Below are positions 25,200 through 32,000 of a stretch of 32,000 nt of DNA, piece by piece. Both the position numbers and the translations under genes were made by a program. A model generated the notes under the pieces. The model did no database searches and was not told the DNA's origin. It saw nothing but the letters and a program-made list of their open reading frames with translations. Positions within the stretch are counted from its first letter, which is position 1. Every line of letters begins with the position of its first letter. Source of the DNA: Candidatus Brocadia sp. (GTDB lineage: Bacteria; Planctomycetota; Brocadiia; Brocadiales; Brocadiaceae); the NCBI GenBank assembly GCA_021650915.1, contig CP091279.1, positions 330,001-362,000 on the forward strand. Reading direction: 5' to 3'.

Positions 25200-26707
25200 A
25201 ACGTTTACGGGGCTTAATTTTCTGGTGGACATTCCTGAGCATTCTATCTCTATGGTATGTCCATCTTGTCTTTGCAGCCAGAAGTGACGATATCAGCCGT
25301 TTAAAGCAAGAGCTCCTTGATCTGGAAAAAGTTACCAACCCGCTGATTCAAACATTTCGAAAGGTTTCGCAACTCGTCAGCCCATCCGTAGTAAGTTTAA
25401 GCACTGAGAAAAAGGCATCACAGAATGAAAAAAATGTACCTGAACCACAGCCGCCATCTCAAAATTTTCCACCGAAACACGAGCCTCACGCTGACTCCCT
25501 GCCCAAAAAAGGACTTGGCTCAGGAATTATTATTGATGAACGTGGCTATATTTTAACGAACAATCATGTTATCACTGGTTTTGCTGAAGATGAAATCACG
25601 GTTGCCACGCATAACGGAGAACAATATAACCACGTGAAGATCGTTGGGGTCGACCCGAATACAGACATTGCGGTCATTAAGATTGAGGGGGAAGACTTTA
25701 CCCCGATTACCTTTGGTAATTCTGAGGAAGTACAAGTGGGAGATTGGGTTATTGCCATTGGCAGCCCCTTCGGATATCAGCAAACCGTTTCTGCCGGTAT
25801 TATCAGCGCCAAGGGAAGAACCCATGTTATTCCTTTTGAACTTCCCTTCATTTATGAAGATTTTTTTCAAACGGATGCCGCCATTAACCCCGGCAACAGC
25901 GGAGGGCCTCTGGTAAATTTGCGAGGTGAAGTAATCGGGGTGAATACCGCCATTGCAACACGATCAGGCGGTTTCCAGGGTGTGGGGTTTGCCATCTCGG
26001 CCGGTATTGTAAAAGAAACCGTTGATAATATCATGGCCACGGGAACCGTGGTGCGCGGATATTTAGGCGTGGGAACCCACGATATTAACAATGAACTGGC
26101 ACAGATACTCGGCCTCAAAGACAAAAAAGAAATTGCCCGCCGATTTAGCCTGCTATCAGAGAAAGGGGCATTTGTTCTTGAGGTATGGAGTGATACCCCT
26201 GCATCAAAGGCCGGCATCTCCCCGGGTGATATCATTTGTGAGATAGGCGGGAAAAAGATTGAGAACACCATAGATCTCCAGCATGCGATTCGCCGTGCAA
26301 AGGTGAATGCAGTTGTCATTGTAAAGGTCGTGCGTAACGGTGCAGAAAGCGCACTGGAGGTACTGGTAGAGCCGCAGCCACAGGACCTGGGCGGTAAAAC
26401 CTATGTTGCCATCAGAAAACTCGACGAACCCACAAAATTTTCTTTGGGGCTGGTAGTCAATGACTTAAATCCGGAAGTCGCAAAATCTCTCGGTCTGGAA
26501 GGTGAACATGGCGTTCTGGTTGTTGACGTAGAAACAAATAGCCCCTCTGAACGAGCCGGTATACAACCCGGTGATCTCATTACCAAGGTCGGCACAAAAG
26601 AGGTACGGTCTGTTTTAGAATTTATGACGCTTATGGAAGCGTTCATAGAAACAAACATGCCAGTGAGTATCTTTGTAAAGGATAAGGGCTTTATAACCCT
26701 GAAATAG
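25196..26707 (+). CDS. htrA: Periplasmic serine endoprotease HtrA/DegP/DegQ family with two PDZ domains
   Basis: N-terminal signal or anchor, catalytic His (TNNHVI), Asp (DIAVIKI) and Ser (GNSGGPLVN), then two PDZ-like regions (GISPGDIICEIGGKKI; GIQPGDLITKVGTKEV). Confidence 0.9.
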   Translation: MKRLRGLIFWWTFLSILSLWYVHLVFAARSDDISRLKQELLDLEKVTNPLIQTFRKVSQLVSPSVVSLSTEKKASQNEKNVPEPQPPSQNFPPKHEPHADSLPKKGLGSGIIIDERGYILTNNHVITGFAEDEITVATHNGEQYNHVKIVGVDPNTDIAVIKIEGEDFTPITFGNSEEVQVGDWVIAIGSPFGYQQTVSAGIISAKGRTHVIPFELPFIYEDFFQTDAAINPGNSGGPLVNLRGEVIGVNTAIATRSGGFQGVGFAISAGIVKETVDNIMATGTVVRGYLGVGTHDINNELAQILGLKDKKEIARRFSLLSEKGAFVLEVWSDTPASKAGISPGDIICEIGGKKIENTIDLQHAIRRAKVNAVVIVKVVRNGAESALEVLVEPQPQDLGGKTYVAIRKLDEPTKFSLGLVVNDLNPEVAKSLGLEGEHGVLVVDVETNSPSERAGIQPGDLITKVGTKEVRSVLEFMTLMEAFIETNMPVSIFVKDKGFITLK

Positions 26708-26803
26708 CCATGAAAGGCCGATATTTTCACTATTTACCAACACCGGATACTGATTATCGTTGATGGTCTGGCAAACGAATTTCAATGCACCGGCCGTTTA
26801 GAA

Positions 26804-27919
26804 TCACGGTTTCTTCAAAATTCCTCTTTCTAATGCAAGAGGATAAAATGACATACTCTGGCCGTAATAGTTTTGCATAAAAGATTCGTCAGTCAGCCGG
26901 TTTTTAAATGAAGCACGTATTGTGTCCGATTCAGCAGCCATGAGTTGTGCGAGAAAATAGGACATTGCATCTGCCGCTAAACTGCCATATTCCACCGTTG
27001 GTTCTCCCGTATACTGATATACAGCCTTTATTCCCCCGTTTTGCGGGATTGAAGATTGCAATAATTGAAGTATCCTTCCTAAGATTTTGCTGGCTTCTTC
27101 AGGGTGATACCAAAGCATGTCAAGTCCAATCCGCATTGGGATTCTCACTGCCTCCCATCCATAATCAGTTGATCTGCCTTCGGCCTTTCCTATATTTCCC
27201 TGTGCATCCACCACACACCAATCCGGTATGAAGCCGCTTCCCGGTATGGTATCTAACCTCACACTCGCCTGATGGAAAAGCCAGTAGCTGGTCTCAATTA
27301 ATTGCAACCATTGACCATCCCTGGTTGCTTCATAAAACCGACGAAAAGCCGCCGGGTTATAATAAGATGGGTTTTGTATAAGATGCCCGTTCTTCTCCTT
27401 GCCCCATAATCCTGGCAGCAAATAAAGTCGATTATCCACCCCCCTTACAACCTCATGTTTCATAATATCGCTAATTACTTCAATGGCCTTCTCACGATAC
27501 GCAGGTTCTTTCCACTGGCGTGAAGCCTGTAACAGGGCAAGCGCATAGTCACCATCGGCATCTGATGCGGGCATCCAGTCGCTGACATCCCCATCCTTCC
27601 AATACCAGGCAAGGAGATGATCCCCATATTTCCTGCTTCTGCCCAGATGATTCTCCGTCCACCGGAAAATCCAGTCAAATGCCTCTTTGTCATCCATAAA
27701 AACGGAGAATATCATGGCGTATGCCTGCCCTTCGCTTACCGTATCGTATGCGTGTTCAGGTCGTTGTATGCGTCCATCAGGAAGGAGGAAATTTTTTTTG
27801 TATGACTTCCACCATGCCCTCAGTTGTTTTTCAGGAGATATTCTCATTTCAGAACAACCACTGATGAATAAATAAAGCATGCTCAGTGCAAAGATAATCC
27901 TTTTACCGCTCATTCGCAT
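26804..27919 (-). CDS. Glycoside hydrolase family 8 (endoglucanase, BcsZ-like) lipoprotein
   Basis: Lipobox LFISGC, VSEGQAYAM (catalytic Glu region) and ASDADGDYALALLQASRQW, which is close to the GH8 signature A-[ST]-D-[AG]-D. Confidence 0.8.
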   Translation of the reverse strand: MRMSGKRIIFALSMLYLFISGCSEMRISPEKQLRAWWKSYKKNFLLPDGRIQRPEHAYDTVSEGQAYAMIFSVFMDDKEAFDWIFRWTENHLGRSRKYGDHLLAWYWKDGDVSDWMPASDADGDYALALLQASRQWKEPAYREKAIEVISDIMKHEVVRGVDNRLYLLPGLWGKEKNGHLIQNPSYYNPAAFRRFYEATRDGQWLQLIETSYWLFHQASVRLDTIPGSGFIPDWCVVDAQGNIGKAEGRSTDYGWEAVRIPMRIGLDMLWYHPEEASKILGRILQLLQSSIPQNGGIKAVYQYTGEPTVEYGSLAADAMSYFLAQLMAAESDTIRASFKNRLTDESFMQNYYGQSMSFYPLALERGILKKP

Positions 27920-27947
27920 AGAAATTCATGCTTTAACAAAGTGTATT

Positions 27948-30900
27948 TTAGAGACGAATATTACAAAAAACACCGGCCTGTTCTTCTTCAAAGACCTTTG
28001 ACTGCACAGGTTTTATTTCGACACCAATATTCCATCGTCTCTGGTTATCCCATCCAAATTCAAATTTTGGTTCGATAAAATCGACACTATCCGAATCGAT
28101 GCCTTCCTTTAAGGCAATCTCGTAATAGAGTTTCGGGGCGCCGCTGAAATGCTCCTTTCCCAGGTAATGCCGCCAGACCACCCCCCCCATATATTTCCGG
28201 TAACTATTTGGTGACCAGTATTCATCCTGGTGTGCATGGGTATCAAAGCCATAGATTTCCACGACAAATTTCAGGATTTTCGGATATAAGGACAGCTTAT
28301 ACCCAATGGTTGTATCATCCTCTATGCCGGTATTGCTGTCATCGTACCAGTACTTTTTCACCTGGCTCGAAATATCAATGCGTTGAGTTACGTCCCAGGC
28401 AAAACGTCCGCCAGTATAGTAACGACTCCGGCTATTCCTGAGGGTATTGAAATTTTGCAGGACATCCTCTCTGCCGCCTAACAAGGCAACATCAACCACG
28501 TCAAAGAACCGATAGGCGCCGCCGGCTTCAAACTGTGCTGTTTCGTGGCGGTTCAGAGAATACGTGGAAAATTCTCCATCAAAATACGTTGTTATTCCTT
28601 TCTGAAAATATTTATTGAACTGCAAGGTAAGATGTTCCGCAACCGAACCGCTGTGCTCGGTAAAATTAAACACCGTATTTCCCAGACCCACCGAGAGGTC
28701 CATAGCCTCAGAAATCCTCGCAGGAGCGTATGCGGCATCCGTTCTGAACATGGTGATCTCATAATTTCCAAAATCATCGCCGCGGCCTTTTTGATGGAGA
28801 TAGGACTGTTTCATCCGGACGGAATGCCGGCGTCTCCACTGTTCCGATTCCTGTGCAAATTGCGCACGATTGTGCTCCGGCTCATAGATGAGCAATTTCT
28901 GATAGGCATCTTCCGCCAATGAGCTCTGATTAAGCTGAGAGTACATTTGACCCAGATCAAACAGCATTTCATTGTCTTCAGGGTGTCGGTCTGCCAATGT
29001 GCGGTAAAATGACGCTGCCGTCCGTTTTCTCCCCAGCCAGTTATTCCTCTTTGCCTTCCACTCACATCGTATTTCATCATCTCCGGGATAATCTGCGCAC
29101 AGTTTTTGGTAAGCTTCGTTTGTCTCACAAAAACGCAATGCCCAACCATACACCCGGGCAACTTCACGGCGACGCTCAAAATCCGACGGACGTTCTCTCA
29201 GATACGCATGGTACCACACCAAAGATTCCTCGTATTCATGCCGCCAGGCATTGACCTGCGCCAGCCATCGTATGTATCTCACATCCGTGGGATCATTCTT
29301 CTGAAGCGTCAGAAATTGTTCACTGGCAAGATCATAATCGTTATGAGTGGCCAGTAATCTTGCATATTGATAGCGAAGTCCTGAATCATCCGGAAATTGC
29401 ACTGCCGCCCGATGCAGCCACTCCTTTGCAAATGCATAGTTTTGACTTTGCCGTCCTCTATCGAAATATCCAACCTTTTCTACTATTGTCTGAAATAGGG
29501 CGAGATTTCCCGGCTCCTGAGAAAGGTAGCGCTGTACAATTCCATCTGCCACTGCACGATCACCAGATTGAAGGGCTACAATTGTACTGATCGCCAGGGT
29601 AGAGGTTTTTTGTGAAATGTTTTCCGGAAACAATGACAATCCGACAGCAAACTCCTCTTTGCTCTTCTTTAGCTTAACCAATGCCTCAAAGTAACGGGCT
29701 GTTTCCTTTTCCGGTAAACGGGGCAACGGGATCTGGCGAAACAGTTCATCCGCTTCTTCCGGTTCATTCAAGCCCATGTAACATTCCACCATGCCAAGTT
29801 TATGCACCGGGTCTTGCCCGTTCTTTTCCAATTCCTGATAGATATTCAAAGCCTGTCGAAAATTACCCGCCTTATACTCAGCCTTTGCCCGCTGGGCACG
29901 CACTTCCGGATTATGGTACAGAGCCATCTCATCCGCAATTTTCCAGGCGGAAAGCGGTATGGCATCAAGGAGTTGAGGTCTGGCCATTTCAGTATCTGTT
30001 GTAAACTTAGCCAATACTGTACCTAATGACTGACTTGCTTTCTCATGTGCCTCCAATTGCCTCTCAGCAGCATGCAATAAAACGGTAAGAACAGCCGGAC
30101 CAGGGTCTTTGCCGTCTATTTTTGATAAGCATTCAATTTCTGAGCGGGCTTCCTGATAGCACCCCAAACGTATCTGGGAAAGAATGCGCAGCGTCAAGAC
30201 CTTGGCTTTATCAGTCATTTCCTCGCGAGACAGTTTTTGCAACAGGATCGATGATTTTTCAAGAAGCAAGACGTCTTTCTCCAATGCATAATAACATTCC
30301 AGTTCCAGGAGTTGCAGACGCAGCCCGGTTTCTTGCCTGCCTTCCAGGACTGAAAGCATTGACAACGCATCCTCATACCGCCCAGTCAAAGATATGATTT
30401 CGGCGCGGGTAGCGTCAAGAATCGTTTTTGTTTGAGAAGAGACGGGACATTGATTCAGGATAGCCAACCCTTTTGCGGGCATTTCCCGATAGGTATACAG
30501 AATTGCCAGTTTTGCCATCAGATAAACTTCAGGGACATATGCGGTATCGGACACAATTTTTTCGAGGGTATCCGATGCGGCAGCCAGTTTTCTCTGGGAA
30601 AGGAATTTGTCTACGATCTTCAGGGAAGAAGCACGCCACGTATCGGACCCCTTGGTAATTGAATTCCAAATCCCCATTGCCTTTTCTGATTCCCCCACGG
30701 ACAGATACGCCTCGACTAAAAGGGATCGGATATCATCGGTAATTTCAATCTTGTCCCGTCCTGCATGCACGGTATCCAGAAGCAATGGCCATTTCTGCGC
30801 CCACGCCGATACCCTGATCAGCTGAGACCACAGGTCCCGGTTATCAGGAAACTGCCGAATCAGCATTTGGTATTTTTCAATTGCCGCTTCGTAGTTTCCC

Positions 30901-31589
30901 GACCATGCATCAATATCAGCGGAAAGTTGCTGTAATTTCCCCCTGATTTCTTCGTCCGTGACTTTCGCGATTGCAGCCTTCGCCTCATCGTATCTCTTCA
31001 AACCGACGAGCAGATTAATTTTAAGCGTTGTGACTCCCCCATGTTGCGGATTATGCAATAAAATCTTTTCGCAAAGTTCAAGGGCTTTCGCCTCTTTCCC
31101 CTGTCCGGCAAAGACACCCGCTGCTTCCTCAGCAACCGCCAGATCATCCTCGTCTATTGATAAAGCCTGCAGGTAATACGTAATGGCATGATCAACCTTC
31201 TTATTTTTAATTGCATTTCTCGCCGCATTGAGCGTGAGTTTTTTTGCAAAGTCGTCCTTCCGTCCAGTTGTTATCCCTGTCTTCTGTATTAATTCATCGT
31301 AATGAGTTGCAGCTCCAGGGTAGTATCCGCTGTCCTGCAAATAATCGGCAAACTCCAACTCAACCAGATGATCTTCAGGATTGGTTTTGAGGTAGTTTTC
31401 ATAGCGTCGGATGGCTTTTTTGGTTAATCCTGCTTTCGCTGCGTTCCGGGCAGCCATCAGGAAGAGTACCGACTCGTCTTCCTTCTTTTCCTGTGCGGTA
31501 AGAGATGTGGTGAGACTCAAAAAGACTGAAATTCCCACGACAAAAAATATCCGTATTTTTTTCGCTATTTCTGCTTTTTGCATCTTCAC
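27948..31589 (-). CDS. TPR-repeat protein with C-terminal beta-barrel-like domain (BcsC/PgaA-like exopolysaccharide export component)
   Basis: Signal peptide (IFFVVGISVFLSLTTSLTAQE), ~850 aa of TPR-like repeats, and a C-terminal ~330 aa rich in alternating aromatic/Gly beta-strand patterns (YYTGGRFAWD, YKLSLYPK, WNIGVEIKP). The GH8 gene starts 28 nt downstream. GTG at 31589 or ATG at 31583. Confidence 0.7.
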   Translation of the reverse strand: MKMQKAEIAKKIRIFFVVGISVFLSLTTSLTAQEKKEDESVLFLMAARNAAKAGLTKKAIRRYENYLKTNPEDHLVELEFADYLQDSGYYPGAATHYDELIQKTGITTGRKDDFAKKLTLNAARNAIKNKKVDHAITYYLQALSIDEDDLAVAEEAAGVFAGQGKEAKALELCEKILLHNPQHGGVTTLKINLLVGLKRYDEAKAAIAKVTDEEIRGKLQQLSADIDAWSGNYEAAIEKYQMLIRQFPDNRDLWSQLIRVSAWAQKWPLLLDTVHAGRDKIEITDDIRSLLVEAYLSVGESEKAMGIWNSITKGSDTWRASSLKIVDKFLSQRKLAAASDTLEKIVSDTAYVPEVYLMAKLAILYTYREMPAKGLAILNQCPVSSQTKTILDATRAEIISLTGRYEDALSMLSVLEGRQETGLRLQLLELECYYALEKDVLLLEKSSILLQKLSREEMTDKAKVLTLRILSQIRLGCYQEARSEIECLSKIDGKDPGPAVLTVLLHAAERQLEAHEKASQSLGTVLAKFTTDTEMARPQLLDAIPLSAWKIADEMALYHNPEVRAQRAKAEYKAGNFRQALNIYQELEKNGQDPVHKLGMVECYMGLNEPEEADELFRQIPLPRLPEKETARYFEALVKLKKSKEEFAVGLSLFPENISQKTSTLAISTIVALQSGDRAVADGIVQRYLSQEPGNLALFQTIVEKVGYFDRGRQSQNYAFAKEWLHRAAVQFPDDSGLRYQYARLLATHNDYDLASEQFLTLQKNDPTDVRYIRWLAQVNAWRHEYEESLVWYHAYLRERPSDFERRREVARVYGWALRFCETNEAYQKLCADYPGDDEIRCEWKAKRNNWLGRKRTAASFYRTLADRHPEDNEMLFDLGQMYSQLNQSSLAEDAYQKLLIYEPEHNRAQFAQESEQWRRRHSVRMKQSYLHQKGRGDDFGNYEITMFRTDAAYAPARISEAMDLSVGLGNTVFNFTEHSGSVAEHLTLQFNKYFQKGITTYFDGEFSTYSLNRHETAQFEAGGAYRFFDVVDVALLGGREDVLQNFNTLRNSRSRYYTGGRFAWDVTQRIDISSQVKKYWYDDSNTGIEDDTTIGYKLSLYPKILKFVVEIYGFDTHAHQDEYWSPNSYRKYMGGVVWRHYLGKEHFSGAPKLYYEIALKEGIDSDSVDFIEPKFEFGWDNQRRWNIGVEIKPVQSKVFEEEQAGVFCNIRL

Positions 31590-31861
31590 AGAATATTATA
31601 CCAGGGAAGGAATCCCTGATGGCGCTCCATCAGGATTGATGCTATATTTTTGCCATTCCGTTCAAGAAAAAAAGGGACATCCTGGCAAACAGAGTTGATA
31701 GAATATCTGAAATATTTTAGGATTTCAAGGATTTTATGTAAATACGTGTGAGAAGAAAGGACGAACAAAAACGGCACGGGGGAAAGCGCCTTAACAAACT
31801 AATCAGAGTGATTCCCAAATCACTTGCACATAATGATAGGTCTCATCTTGGAACTACCTTA

Positions 31862-32000
31862 TTTCCCAAAAAACAGACGAAAGGTGCCTGCCTCTTTTTC
31901 AATACTTTCAGCCAACACCTGTTGCAGCCTGTGCAGGACAGACGCATCCCATTTTATTCCGTACGCTTGAACAAGCTTGATAATATCAGCATAAAGACTT
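31862..32000 (-). CDS. 3' end of an ORF entering from beyond the window (46 codons)
   Basis: Minus-strand frame from 31999 reads SLYADIIKLVQAYGIKWDASVLHRLQQVLAESIEKEAGTFRLFFGK, then TAA at 31859-31861. Not on the ORF track because it has no start codon in the window. Confidence 0.4.

Noticed and set aside
31586-31777. 63-aa minus-strand ORF overlapping the start of the TPR gene
   Set aside because: It is AT-rich with no RBS, and it lies in the promoter/leader region of the TPR gene. Likely noncoding.

Overview
Chromosomal segment of a roughly 42% GC bacterium. The gene content and the G-run intergenic repeats remind me of anammox-type Planctomycetota, but that is inference only. Recognisable housekeeping genes are rsmA/ksgA (5133-6062), hflX (17965-19263), tmRNA ssrA (23567-23922, minus) and an HtrA/DegP protease (25196-26707). 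Envelope and exopolysaccharide genes are a 1228-aa fusion of four GT2 glycosyltransferase modules with TPR repeats (33-3719), and a GH8 glycanase following a 1213-aa TPR plus beta-barrel protein (26804-31589, minus; BcsZ/BcsC-like). The stand-out locus is two head-to-tail giant ORFs on the minus strand (1776 aa at 10435-15765 and 1332 aa at 6406-10404). Together they fill 9.3 kb. I can recognise no domain, nucleotide-binding motif or signal peptide in either. GC looks slightly higher than in the flanks, neither has a Shine-Dalgarno sequence, and a multiply frameshifted TIR/NDT-like gene lies directly upstream. This is my best candidate for an undescribed system. Other notable items are listed here. 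(1) A candidate c-di-GMP-I (GEMM-I) riboswitch with promoter and intrinsic terminator (4047-4269) that has no downstream ORF. (2) A three-way complementary leader upstream of rsmA. (3) A mobile-element scrapyard abutting the 3' end of ssrA: a 54-bp perfect palindrome, a frameshifted IS1634-family IS inserted into a 5'-truncated group II intron, GAATTCACCA tandem repeats, and a transposase fragment I take to be ISNCY-like. (4) Two dispersed intergenic repeat families. All functional calls rest on motif recognition by eye. No database search was possible.
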